A program made the translations under genes and the position numbers. Below the pieces are notes generated by a model. That model was not told the DNA's origin. It saw nothing but the letters and a program-made list of their open reading frames with translations, and made no database searches. This document shows positions 10,601 through 18,827 of a stretch of 64,000 bases of DNA, piece after piece (position 1 is the stretch's first letter; each line of letters opens with the position of its first letter). The stretch comes from Novosphingobium sp. (lineage in GTDB: Bacteria; Pseudomonadota; Alphaproteobacteria; Sphingomonadales; Sphingomonadaceae), in the NCBI RefSeq assembly GCF_037133355.1, contig NZ_JBAXOI010000017.1:22012-86011 (forward strand), in the 5' to 3' direction.

Positions 10601-13600
10601 GGTGGGCGGCACCTTCGGCACCGCCGGCACCGACTTCCGCGAATCGCAGCGCCGCTCCTTCACGGTGCAGAGCGCCAGCACGTTCAAGAAGTATTCCAAG
10701 ATCCAGGTCACCTCGGGCACGGACAACTTCAACAAGCTGGCCGAGAAGCAGGGCCGCGTCGCGCCGCGTTCGCCGCTCGATGCGGCCCGTTTCGTGGTCA
10801 ATCCCGGCCAGTCGTTCACCGTGAATGGCACTTTTGATGTCGCCACCACCGGCTCCGGGCGCGGCGCGCAGTTCGACATTGCTGCCAACGCCATTGCCAT
10901 ACGCTCGGTCGCGGGCGCCGAAACGCCCGGCGTACTTACCCTGACCACCGGCACGCTGACCAATCTCAATGCCAACAGCCTGCTTCTGGGCGGCGTGCGG
11001 CAGGACAACGCCGACGGCACGACGCGCATCGACGTGACGGCGAACACGATTTCGGTGGCGGGCGGCGTTTCGCTCACCTTGCCCGAGCTGGTGATGGCTG
11101 TGGCCGGCCAGGATTCGCGCATCTCGGTCGGGTCAGGCGCCTCTCTCACCGCCAGCGGGACACTCGCCGACTCGCGCGCCGGCAACTATGTGGTCGGCTA
11201 TCAGGCCGACGGCTCGAGCTTCGACAATACCGGCATTGGCGCGGTGTTGCGGCTTTCCAGCGGACCGGACCGACTTGTCACGCGCGACATCGATCCCGCG
11301 CTTGGCAGCGCCGAACTCGCCCGCGCCTCGCTTCGCATAAGCAGCGGGGCTTCGCTCAAGGGCAATTCCATAGCGCTCAATGCCAGCGGCACCGTCAAGT
11401 TCGCCAGCGAGGCGAGCATCACGGCGAGCAACATCAGCCTCGGCAGCGCCGCGATCAGCTTCGGTAGCGACGGCATCGATCCCGATTTCGCCGCCAAGCT
11501 TGCCAGCGCCGACCGCCTGACCTTGCAATCGCGCCGGGTGATCACACTGGGCAGCTCACTTCCGGAGCGCTTTAACACGCTGGCGATCGATGCGCCCGGC
11601 CTTGCCTCGGATGGCGGCGACGTCACGATCCGCGCCAAGGCGGTCGAGTTCGGCAATTCCGGTGCCGACCGGGTCAGCTGCGCTACCGCGGGGCTTGGCG
11701 CCTGCGGGGCGGACGCGGCGCTTACCGTGAAGGCTGACGAGATCACTTTCGGAAACGGCACATTCCGGCTCTACGGCTTCGACGGCGGGGTCGCGCTTGA
11801 TGCTGCCAAGGGCATCTACGTAGCCGGCAAGGGCGCGTTCGCGATCGACGACGGGGCCGGTTCCAGCCCGGTTCGCCTAACCATGAAGACGCCGGTCCTG
11901 GCCGATCGATCGGCCACTGCTACGGCTGATATCAAGTCCGGCGGCGCCGACTATACCTTCCTCACACGCGGACGCGTGATCATCGATGGCACCGGCCGCA
12001 CTGCGCCGGCGAGCCTGCCAGCCGTCTCCGCCGGTTCGATCATTGCCTTCGGTTCGAGCGAGGCGGCTGTGGCCGCGCTTACGATCAACAACGCGACCGT
12101 CCGGGCTACCTCCGGGATCGTGCAAGCCTACGCGCGGGGCAACATTGTTGTCACCGGCAATAGCGTCATCGCCGCGCCCGGCTTCACCACGCGCATCGGC
12201 GCAACCGAGGACGCGCTCGTCGCGACTGCCGGCGGCGGCACGATCACGCTGCAGTCGAACCTTGGCGATGTGACGCTGGCCAAGACCGTCGGGCTTGTTG
12301 TGGACAGTGGTGTTGGCAATGCCGGCCATCTCAACCTTGTCGCGGCACATGGCACGATCGACCTGGGCGCCGCGCTCAACAGCGGCATTGCCAGCGGCAC
12401 ATCGCGCGGTGCCTCGCTTCTGCTCGACGGCAACGCGATCACTGACGGTGCGGGCGGCACGTTCGATTTCAGCCGGTTCGTCACCGATAACGGTGCAAAG
12501 TTTCAGGGCACGCTCCAGATACACACCGGGACCGGCGATCTCGCGCTGGCCAGCGGGCAGACGGTCAAGGCGCGCAGCGTCACGTTGGCCACCGACAGCG
12601 GCCGCGTCACCATCGCCGGCACGATCGATACGTCGGGCGCCGATGTGTCGAAGCTCAAGCTCACTGACCCGGCCTATGGCGATGCCGAGGTGAGCGGCGG
12701 CGATATCGCCCTTTATGGCGCCGACGGGGTGACTCTTGCTGGCACCGCCAAGCTGCTCGCGCGCACTTCCGGCTATGGCGCGGGTGACAGCCGACAGGCG
12801 CGGGGCGGCAATGTCACGCTCGGGATCGCCAGCGACAGTGCCAATGTCACCGTCGCGGTCGGAAGCGTGATCGACGTTTCAGCCACCCGGCCAGGTGACC
12901 GCCTCGTGAGGATTGCGGTCAAGGATCCGCAGACGCTCACCCAGAGCTCCGCATACCGGCTCGCGGCGGGCGATCTCGGCGGCACGGTTACCTTCCGCGC
13001 TCCCGTTATCGAGAACGACAGCAAGGTGGACGTGCGCAGCAGCGGCACGATCACCGGTGCCCGTGAGGTGGCGATCGCGGCCTTCAAGCGCTTCGATCTC
13101 GATGCCATTGCCGCTGCCGGCGTGCTGGGCGGTGTGGTGCGCGACGGGCAAGGCAATATCCACCTCGATGCTGCGGCCACGGGCGAACCAAACTTCCTCG
13201 CCGATCTTACCGCCCCCGGCGCCTTGCCGCAGTTCGTGCGCGACTTCTCCGTCACGCTGAAGAACGGCGGCAGCCTCGCAGGCATCCGCGTGCGGCCGGA
13301 AATGGAGCTTTCCGCCGCGCGTGGGGTGATCCTCGACAGCAACATCAATCTCGGCGCGGGGCACATCACCGACTATGCCGGGGCGCTCGCCGACGGCTAC
13401 ATCGCTCCTTCCGAGCTCGGCCCCGATGCCGCCGGCAATCCGCGCTACCGCGTGGTTGCGGGCAAGGAAGCCGCACTGTTCGCCAAGTATGTCGACATGA
13501 CCTACCGGGTCGGCGGCAAGGTGACGGGCGAGGCGGGTGTGTTCACCCTGCGCGCTGGCGGTTCGGTGCAAGTGGCCAACAGTATAAGCGACGGCTTTTT

Positions 13601-16600
13601 CGCGTTCCACGACCGCACCGACCCCGATTACATCAATCACCAGCTTGGCGGCGGCGACCGGTCCTTCCACCCGGCTGTACAGCTGGACTGCGCCGCGGGC
13701 GGCCTGTGCGACGACAACCTGGCCTCCTACAGCGCGCGGATCGGCAAACGTCCGCCATCAGACGACCAGCTTGTCGTCATCGACCTGACGCTGCCGGTGC
13801 AGGGCGCGCAGAGCACGGCGATCTTCGTCAACTCGCCCTACAGTGCAAGCGCCAACAGCGTTGCCGCGAACGGCACGGGCAATGGCATCGGCGTGGGCGA
13901 ACTGTTCCCGCTGGTCGACGGCAAGCCGGTAGCATCGTCCGATATCCGCCTTGTTGCCGGAGCCTTGGCAGGTTCGGCCGATCCGACCCAGATCGATCGG
14001 GCCAGCAAGGGTGACGTCGTCATCGCTGGCGAAAAGTCCTACTCGGTCGTGGCGCGCGAGGGCAACTACACCATCGGCGGCGGCGTGCAGCTCGGCTTCC
14101 TCGACGACAGCACAGGCAACTATCTCTACGGCAATGCCTCGGGCGATTTCTTCACCCGGACCTTCGCTGATTTCGTCGATCCGACCACGGCGAAGGACTT
14201 CTATACCAAGCTTGTATGGGGATCCGACAGCCAGCTGTCAGACGAAGCGCTGGCCGCCGCGCAGACCTTCTTTGCCGGCAACCGCTTCATCAAGGAAGAC
14301 GGCGTCGTCACCGGTGTCTATGCCTCGCTGGGCCAGGTGGCGCAGTTCCTCGCCGGAGATTACGGCGACAAGTACCGCACCGTGGTCGCGCCCGATATCT
14401 CGATCGAGACAGGCGTCCCGGTCAGCTATCCCGGCACAAAGGTTTATTACCGTCCGCTGGTGCGCACCGGTAGCGGCGACATCAGGATCGCCGCGGCGCG
14501 GGACATCGATCTCGTGGGCACGAGCAAGGTCACCTACCGCGATGTCAACAGCCTTTCGCGGGACGAGGCGGGCGATCCGCTGGAGCCCAGCTTCGACAAC
14601 GCCCAGATCGGCGGCTCGGCGGTCTACACTGCAGGCACCCGTTTGGCGCAGCTTGGCTCGGTCGCACTCGATGCCGCACGCTTCGACAAGGGCACCGAAA
14701 AGCTCGACTATATCCCCTCAACCCAGGGCACGTTCGATTTCGGTTCGGCACTCACGGGCAACGGCGGCTCGGTGAGCCTCGTCGCGGGCCGCGATGTCGT
14801 CGGGCGCCGCGATGTCTGGTCCGAGGCCTTCCTGGGCACCGGGCTCGATATCACGACAACCCTGCCGGGCTACGAAGCAGCGACCTCGACGTTCGATTCC
14901 ACGCGTGTCGGTTCGGCGAACCAGCGCTGGCGGCTCGGCCAGGTCGGTCTCGATTCGGCGATTGCCATCGTTCCGCAGCTCTTCACCTCCGGTGTGGGCG
15001 CGCTGTCGGGCGGCAACGTCGCCATCAGCGCGGGCCGAGACCTGAGCGACCTTACGATTGCGCTCGACAACTCGGTCGTCACGCAGACCGATGGGCAGGG
15101 CCAGCGAGTGCTGGTCACCAGCGCCGCCGGTGATCTGGCGCTCAGCGTCGGGCGCGACCTTCTCGGCGGACAGATCGACCTTGCGCAAGGCACCGGGCGC
15201 GTCGATGTCGGCCGCAGTGTCAGCGCAGCGGGCGAGACGTTGACCCAGGGCAGCTACGATGAGCGCGCCGATGTGCCGGACCAGCGCAATCTCTTGCGTA
15301 TCCGCGTCAGCGATGCGGCGGTCAGCCTCACCGCGCGGGGCACGGTCGATATTGGCGGGGTAAGCGCTCTGGGCGCGAACGAGGCGGTGTCGACGCTCGC
15401 CCTTACGCTCAACAGCACCGGCTTCTTCAGCCCGATTGCCGCGGTCAGCGCTTCCACGATCGGTTCGCTCGATCTGGTCATCAACCGCCGCGAACAACGT
15501 GTCGGGTTCATGCCGCCGGTCAGTGAAATCGGCACTGTCTCGTTCCTGTTTGGCACCGTGCTGCCGCCGACATTGCAGCTGCGCTCGCTCTCGGGCGATC
15601 TGTCGATCGGCAACGGCTCGGCGATGCTCATGTATCCCAGCCAGTACGGTCAGCTGTCGCTTGTCGCGGGCGGCGATGTCGGCCGCTTCGCTCTGGCGAT
15701 GAGCGATGCCAACACGTCGGATCTGCCCGGTGCTTTCACCGTCACACGGATCGAAAGCGCCAACGGCGGGATTCAGCGCTTCACCGGTCTCGGCTACACG
15801 TTTGGCTCTGTCATCCAACCCACCGATGACCCGACCCTGCGCCTGCTGCACGACCGCAACATTCTGCATGCCGGCGATTCTCGTCCGGTCGATATCTTCG
15901 CCGGCGGCTCGATCAGCGATGTCCAGCTCAATCTGGCCAAGTCTGCGCGGATCAATGCCGGGCGCGATATCATCGATTTCTATTTCGAGGGGCAGAATCT
16001 TGCCGTCTCGGACATCACCAGCGTTGTGGCCGGGCGCGACATCACTGCGACCACGCAGCTGCCCCTGCTCGACAGTCCGGCGGCGGGTCGGCCCTTCACG
16101 CGGCTGACCAATTTCCTGCTTGGCGGGCCGGGTACGCTATCGGTCCAGGCGGGCCGCGATCTCGGGCCGTTCCTCAATTCGGCCACGGTCGGCGGTATCA
16201 GCTATGCTGGCGGCATTCGCACCATCGGCAACGAAGCAAATCCCTGGCTGCCGAGCCAGGGTGCCGACATCTTCGCGCTGTTCGGTGTGGTGGGCGGCGC
16301 GGACTATACCGCCCTGCGCACGACTTATCTCGATCCAGCCAACCTCGCCAAGCTCGACGGCGATCTCTTCGTCCAGAACGTGGATTCGGCGGGCAACAAG
16401 ACGCCTGACCGCAGCAGGCCGGTCTATGCGCCGAAGCTCGCCCTGTGGCTCCAGGCCAATGCGCCCGATGTCTTCGCCAGCGTGTTCGCCGATCGGCCGG
16501 GTATTTCCGGCGATGCCTTGACTGCGGCGGCCTATTCCCGCTTCGACAAGCTCTACGCCGCTTTCATCGGCCGGGTGCCCGAACCGCAGCAGCGCCAGTT

Positions 16601-17696
16601 CCTGATCAAGGAAGTCTACTTCGGCGAGATCGCGGCGCCTGCCGATCCCAACGGTCCGTCCTACCAGCAATATGTCCGCGGCTACCGCGCGATCCAGACC
16701 TTGTTCCCCACCACGCTTGGCTACACCGACAACCTCGCGACATTCGAGACTGATCCCGCGAGCGTTACGGCCGACCATCCGCTGGGCGAGGCGGTCAAGA
16801 AGCTGGTTGATGGCGAGCCGGCGCTGGCGACACGCATCATCACCGGCAATGTCGACTTGCGCCTCGCCACGATTCAGACCAGCCGCGGCGGCACGATCGA
16901 TATTCTCGGCCCGGGCGGCGATCTCATTGCCGGTTCGGTGGTGCGTACCTCCGAGCAGGCCGCGCGCAAGTCGTCCATGTTCGGCCCCGTCGGCGTGGAG
17001 TATCTGCGCACCGGCCTCGGCTTGCAGAGTTTCCCGCTTGGCATCGACGCGATCCCGATCGGCTACGAAGGCGTGCTCAGCCTGCGTGGCGGTACGATCC
17101 AGTCGTTCACCGATGGAGATTTCCGCCTCAACCAGAGCCGCCTGTTCACCCTGTCGGGCGGTGACATCACGATGTGGTCTTCGAACGGCGATCTCAACGC
17201 GGGTCAGGGACCGAAGTCGGCTTCCAACTTCCCGCCGATCGTGCTGCGCTTCACGCCGAACGGGGTGGGCGAGGTCGACTCTGCCGGCAGCGTCTCGGGC
17301 GCCGGTATTGCCGCGCTTCGGCCCAGCCTCGATGTGGCGCCCTCGCGCGTCACGCTCATCGCGCCGGTCGGCACGGTTGACGCAGGCGATGCCGGCGTGC
17401 GCGCTTCGGGTGACGTGTTCGTGGCCGCCGCGCGCGTTGCCAATGCCGACAACTTCAAGGTTGGCGGCGTTTCGGTCGGTGTGCCAACCACCGCTGTGGT
17501 GGCGGCGCCGGCAGCGCCTGCCAGCGCAGCGGCGGCGACTGCCGCGACGGCCGCGCAGGCCGGTGCGCAGCAGCGCAACGACAGCGCCGATCGCCGTTCG
17601 ATCATCCGCGTCGATGTGCTAGGCTTCTTCGGCGGCGGCGGCGGTGACAATTGCCCCAGCGGCCGCTTCGATTCCGAGGGCCGCTGCATCAATTGA
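4617..17696 (+). CDS. Giant (4359 aa) filamentous-haemagglutinin-family protein with an N-terminal TPS (haemagglutination activity) domain and a conserved C-terminal module
   Basis: Sec signal: KRQRLLASASALVLGLGCTVAPAHAQ. TPS-domain motifs at about nt 5088-5335: LLSWNNFDVGAKTSLVFDQ...VLNRVVDPNARPTTILGSIKAPGTVFVLNRSGVIFGNGAQVNVHSLLASSLEI. The remainder is thousands of residues of Gly/Ala/Ser/Thr/Val-rich beta-helix-type sequence. C-terminal motif GGDITMWSSNGDLNAGQGPKSASNFPP at about nt 17160-17230. AAAGGGA RBS lies 5 nt upstream. Confidence 0.9.
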   Translation: MNKRSNTVTGKRQRLLASASALVLGLGCTVAPAHAQMARLQGAVGAVPVITASGATAPVPHRSVRMQEALAQQQAARDAVKAMRGLVTQAREAALAATRIRPTEGLSLKGLNPAVTKVTASVDDPTGLATWQGALLPTQTEADGKFTVTIKQTDSRALLSWNNFDVGAKTSLVFDQTVGGKAQTDWVVLNRVVDPNARPTTILGSIKAPGTVFVLNRSGVIFGNGAQVNVHSLLASSLEIGNFAKDFSRDTADSNFFTGLTLKERNTAYLENGLLGPSASPSKYAALITSSLAGSGRYATTNPTLAFSAAPEGDVVVDRGASIAASGGGFVILTAPNVSNDGQLSAPEGQVSLQAGRAISFTVSTGDAKGADSDIRGLILRTITEDGGAVVNSGLIDVPRGYISLGSDLTGSVENAGLLSSTTSVSRNGTISLLAGTVRIAGGSDTTHAGGISILDDSSTETVPQGTADEPAAFKTSRIDIGAAYVPLVAGSSTLGLFGPASVEFGANTLLLAPSANVSIGTRASQAFDLNAFLSTGRVVSNGSVTVGEGVRIDVSGIKDVTLEASRNVVTISPLKGNELRDTPNYRDVRTDGSFTLNGRTVTIDPRRSGVRADGVRWVGSPLIEAGSAASQIGVGAAELMTKGGTVTFGVALPDTVQPLATTPQVKIARSASVDFSGGWVHYNPGWVYSSRLIQADGTLVDIADADPNGVYIGLADGFTDIQSKFGIADTFTNRSLAGQRFDPAYDEGRDAGGMVVIASTAAIDGTLHGDAFAGERQLRSGTVGTARSAIALDQRQLQSSVLQLPSGGFFRVGSFSGSDGASFGGDILVHADGATDLPTGQGVFLFSDRQLSEAGLSALTLQTSGGVTFGAGTKLALANGGKLTIDAGRTINFDGTVTARGGAIVARTYELGGTVDQSILAQTGSAFTTADDTKSIYAKGEALPALFDINVRGTLDVAGLWSNDFLAVGTLPTGQAWTSGGSISLTVAPKVVVSEGTDVLTAKSAVDLSGSILLAKDALLNVASGGYVDPTGALRLTARGGSVSLINETTYASLSRTAAVLDDLSTPDLTFGGENQSVAFTPYVVNGKTVRGGLVPLVQRSVVSFEAENFKGFSFGGGGTFTLVAPEIALGGTRPATGSWLGLDFLQKTGFGGLDLTTFRSRAYDDLLAGGPGGTSTFLVTTKFVIGEGETLDLNQALLPNYVDPATSAKLAALQSGSDVTSVVSASVPTEAFDQRAATLTLGGLTELTVAKGGTVTGAAGASITAAKLLNQGTIRIVGGSIQQRAVLPEVLFGNAIGVRDEANGGNGLGDVLGGRIETGGKVQYTENAASKVLFAGTPLTNGELFSKSGADRVVYFLGALDKDTGLRFDAGSVTDLSGGAVFDPRAPLTADGHRVARGQLFGGGTITTASSLNNPAITLFSQPVYGNGRNQVTVSGSSVTYGGLTAGAKISTGNGAQIDLRGATARFDEQDSSGNFALVDQWSNGGAIRVLAGGSLAGATIRAGGGAANAEGGTLEWFAPIVVQAYGADAGANSLLAADQITASGFTTFVARGSVNLAGGVDLKLDKAFILSSANLPTGAITERDLQVRAALVSNGDATIEAPYILLSSQSQTATGDLATSATAGSLTFSGKSIDLVGGLGFAVPDAGSVHFDSSGDVRLIGVKQPEPNPTVLTGVTGAIVSSGDIAFSARQVYTTTGTGNLQRLLEDRRNGTTTSTARPYLIATVAANGTVSFDSVGGALPDSPLSAGSWLRVLGAHIRQDGVLRAPLGLIELGSSTPQIVPGSLTSAVATSSITFGEGSVTSVTGTGLNVPYGQTTDLTEYYFAPNVSAALTTAPTGQLVLSGEDITIDTGAKIDGRGGGDVFAFEFVSGTGGSRDLLSRLNADAFSSNDGLQFADGRQVYAILPVEKAGLVATYDPIYSADYGAGTGDLYGAAAGRTVHLDGAPGIPAGDYLLLPAHYALLPGAMRLVENTSAAAPYVGASNTLLDGSVQVGGTFGTAGTDFRESQRRSFTVQSASTFKKYSKIQVTSGTDNFNKLAEKQGRVAPRSPLDAARFVVNPGQSFTVNGTFDVATTGSGRGAQFDIAANAIAIRSVAGAETPGVLTLTTGTLTNLNANSLLLGGVRQDNADGTTRIDVTANTISVAGGVSLTLPELVMAVAGQDSRISVGSGASLTASGTLADSRAGNYVVGYQADGSSFDNTGIGAVLRLSSGPDRLVTRDIDPALGSAELARASLRISSGASLKGNSIALNASGTVKFASEASITASNISLGSAAISFGSDGIDPDFAAKLASADRLTLQSRRVITLGSSLPERFNTLAIDAPGLASDGGDVTIRAKAVEFGNSGADRVSCATAGLGACGADAALTVKADEITFGNGTFRLYGFDGGVALDAAKGIYVAGKGAFAIDDGAGSSPVRLTMKTPVLADRSATATADIKSGGADYTFLTRGRVIIDGTGRTAPASLPAVSAGSIIAFGSSEAAVAALTINNATVRATSGIVQAYARGNIVVTGNSVIAAPGFTTRIGATEDALVATAGGGTITLQSNLGDVTLAKTVGLVVDSGVGNAGHLNLVAAHGTIDLGAALNSGIASGTSRGASLLLDGNAITDGAGGTFDFSRFVTDNGAKFQGTLQIHTGTGDLALASGQTVKARSVTLATDSGRVTIAGTIDTSGADVSKLKLTDPAYGDAEVSGGDIALYGADGVTLAGTAKLLARTSGYGAGDSRQARGGNVTLGIASDSANVTVAVGSVIDVSATRPGDRLVRIAVKDPQTLTQSSAYRLAAGDLGGTVTFRAPVIENDSKVDVRSSGTITGAREVAIAAFKRFDLDAIAAAGVLGGVVRDGQGNIHLDAAATGEPNFLADLTAPGALPQFVRDFSVTLKNGGSLAGIRVRPEMELSAARGVILDSNINLGAGHITDYAGALADGYIAPSELGPDAAGNPRYRVVAGKEAALFAKYVDMTYRVGGKVTGEAGVFTLRAGGSVQVANSISDGFFAFHDRTDPDYINHQLGGGDRSFHPAVQLDCAAGGLCDDNLASYSARIGKRPPSDDQLVVIDLTLPVQGAQSTAIFVNSPYSASANSVAANGTGNGIGVGELFPLVDGKPVASSDIRLVAGALAGSADPTQIDRASKGDVVIAGEKSYSVVAREGNYTIGGGVQLGFLDDSTGNYLYGNASGDFFTRTFADFVDPTTAKDFYTKLVWGSDSQLSDEALAAAQTFFAGNRFIKEDGVVTGVYASLGQVAQFLAGDYGDKYRTVVAPDISIETGVPVSYPGTKVYYRPLVRTGSGDIRIAAARDIDLVGTSKVTYRDVNSLSRDEAGDPLEPSFDNAQIGGSAVYTAGTRLAQLGSVALDAARFDKGTEKLDYIPSTQGTFDFGSALTGNGGSVSLVAGRDVVGRRDVWSEAFLGTGLDITTTLPGYEAATSTFDSTRVGSANQRWRLGQVGLDSAIAIVPQLFTSGVGALSGGNVAISAGRDLSDLTIALDNSVVTQTDGQGQRVLVTSAAGDLALSVGRDLLGGQIDLAQGTGRVDVGRSVSAAGETLTQGSYDERADVPDQRNLLRIRVSDAAVSLTARGTVDIGGVSALGANEAVSTLALTLNSTGFFSPIAAVSASTIGSLDLVINRREQRVGFMPPVSEIGTVSFLFGTVLPPTLQLRSLSGDLSIGNGSAMLMYPSQYGQLSLVAGGDVGRFALAMSDANTSDLPGAFTVTRIESANGGIQRFTGLGYTFGSVIQPTDDPTLRLLHDRNILHAGDSRPVDIFAGGSISDVQLNLAKSARINAGRDIIDFYFEGQNLAVSDITSVVAGRDITATTQLPLLDSPAAGRPFTRLTNFLLGGPGTLSVQAGRDLGPFLNSATVGGISYAGGIRTIGNEANPWLPSQGADIFALFGVVGGADYTALRTTYLDPANLAKLDGDLFVQNVDSAGNKTPDRSRPVYAPKLALWLQANAPDVFASVFADRPGISGDALTAAAYSRFDKLYAAFIGRVPEPQQRQFLIKEVYFGEIAAPADPNGPSYQQYVRGYRAIQTLFPTTLGYTDNLATFETDPASVTADHPLGEAVKKLVDGEPALATRIITGNVDLRLATIQTSRGGTIDILGPGGDLIAGSVVRTSEQAARKSSMFGPVGVEYLRTGLGLQSFPLGIDAIPIGYEGVLSLRGGTIQSFTDGDFRLNQSRLFTLSGGDITMWSSNGDLNAGQGPKSASNFPPIVLRFTPNGVGEVDSAGSVSGAGIAALRPSLDVAPSRVTLIAPVGTVDAGDAGVRASGDVFVAAARVANADNFKVGGVSVGVPTTAVVAAPAAPASAAAATAATAAQAGAQQRNDSADRRSIIRVDVLGFFGGGGGDNCPSGRFDSEGRCIN

Positions 17697-17742
17697 TCCC
17701 TAGTGGCCTCTCGCATCCATGTGCTGAATCAGGACGATACCC

Positions 17743-18396
17743 ATGACCAATGCCTTCCGTTTCCCAGTGGCCGCAGCGGCCATGCTTGCGTTCGTGATGG
17801 CCGACCCGCTTGCCGCGCAGTCGGCGCCCCCGCCGGTTGCCACTCCGGCACCTGCACCTGCGCCTGCTGCGCCCACGCTCGGCGGGCCGCTTATCGCCGG
17901 CGTGTGCCTCCTCTCGCGCGAGGCTGTGCTGGCCAACAGCAAAGTCGGCATTTATGCCTCGCAGCGTATCCGTCAGCTAACCGAAGAGGCGCAGGCCGAG
18001 GTCAATGCCGATCGCAAGCCGATCGAGGCCGATCTGGCCGCGCTGCGCGCCCAGGCTGCCAAGCTGACCCCGGAGCAGCGTGCCGCGCAGGAAAAGGCGC
18101 TCGCCGCCCGTTTCCCACCCGTCCAGACTAAAGCCGAGCAGCGCACGCGCGAGATCGAGAAGACCCGCGCCAAGGCGATCGACGCGATCAGCCAGCAGCT
18201 CCAGCCGGTAATCGGGGTGGTCTATACCCAGAAGGGCTGCGGCCTGTTGCTCGACCGCAACAGCGTGCTTGGGGGCAATATGGGCAACGATCTGACCCCC
18301 GCAGTGGTAGCCGGTCTAGATGCGCGGCTCACCGCGCTGCCAATCCAGCGCGAAAATCTCTCCGGCGCGGCACCGGCACCGGCACAAGCACGGTAA
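17743..18396 (+). CDS. OmpH/Skp-family periplasmic chaperone
   Basis: Signal peptide AAAAMLAFVMADPLAAQ, then coiled-coil Skp-type sequence: VLANSKVGIYASQRIRQLTEEAQAEVNADRKPIEADLAALRAQAAKLTPEQRAAQEKAL...LQPVIGVVYTQKGCGLLLDRNSVL. Confidence 0.8.
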   Translation: MTNAFRFPVAAAAMLAFVMADPLAAQSAPPPVATPAPAPAPAAPTLGGPLIAGVCLLSREAVLANSKVGIYASQRIRQLTEEAQAEVNADRKPIEADLAALRAQAAKLTPEQRAAQEKALAARFPPVQTKAEQRTREIEKTRAKAIDAISQQLQPVIGVVYTQKGCGLLLDRNSVLGGNMGNDLTPAVVAGLDARLTALPIQRENLSGAAPAPAQAR

Positions 18397-18445
18397 ACCA
18401 TCCGGCTGGCGGGCTGGCGGAGGCCCGCCGGCCCGCGCGGGGCCA

Positions 18446-18468
18446 GGAATGGTCCATTCCCGTTTTTG
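18446..18468 (+). terminator. Candidate intrinsic terminator after the Skp-like gene
   Basis: GGAATG-gtc-CATTCC followed by CGTTTTTG, preceded by GC-rich hairpins at 18400-18444. The stem is short, so confidence is moderate. Confidence 0.5.
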
Positions 18469-18827
18469 CCGACCGAGTCTTTCGAAAGCTCCGTCAGAGG
18501 AATTTTGTCCCTATTTTTCGGCTGTTTGCTGCGCAGTTGTGCTGCGCATGTGCGCCACAATGGTGCGCTTGTGCGGGGCATACGGCGATTGATGTAATGA
18601 ACATCACAAAAATGTCATTGCCCAAAAATAGAGGGGGGTTGGGCGCGAATCAAAACCCCCGTCCGCTTAACCAAGCCTGCCCGGTTCGGTTTCGCATCGG
18701 GGGTCTTCCTGCCCGGCCAAGCCCACAAGGAAAATGGGTAGAAAACAGTTCAACACGATCAGGGCCAACCCTCTTTCGCCAGCCATCGGAGGGAGCGGGG
18801 GGCAACTGACATGAAAAGGGATATGAA

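Noticed and set aside
4617-17696. Possibility that the giant protein is a CdiA contact-dependent inhibition toxin or a type I secretion (RTX) substrate of the nearby T1SS.
   Set aside because: No VENN or similar pre-toxin motif, no polymorphic C-terminal toxin and no downstream immunity-like small ORF (the next gene is Skp). It has an N-terminal Sec signal and TPS domain and no GGxGxD repeats, so it does not fit a T1SS substrate.
18590-18618. Pho box upstream of the PstS-like gene.
   Set aside because: Only one good TGTCAT half-site is present. The nearest related element (TGAACAT) is about 15 nt away rather than the 11-nt phasing of PhoB boxes. It is kept only as a note within the leader finding.
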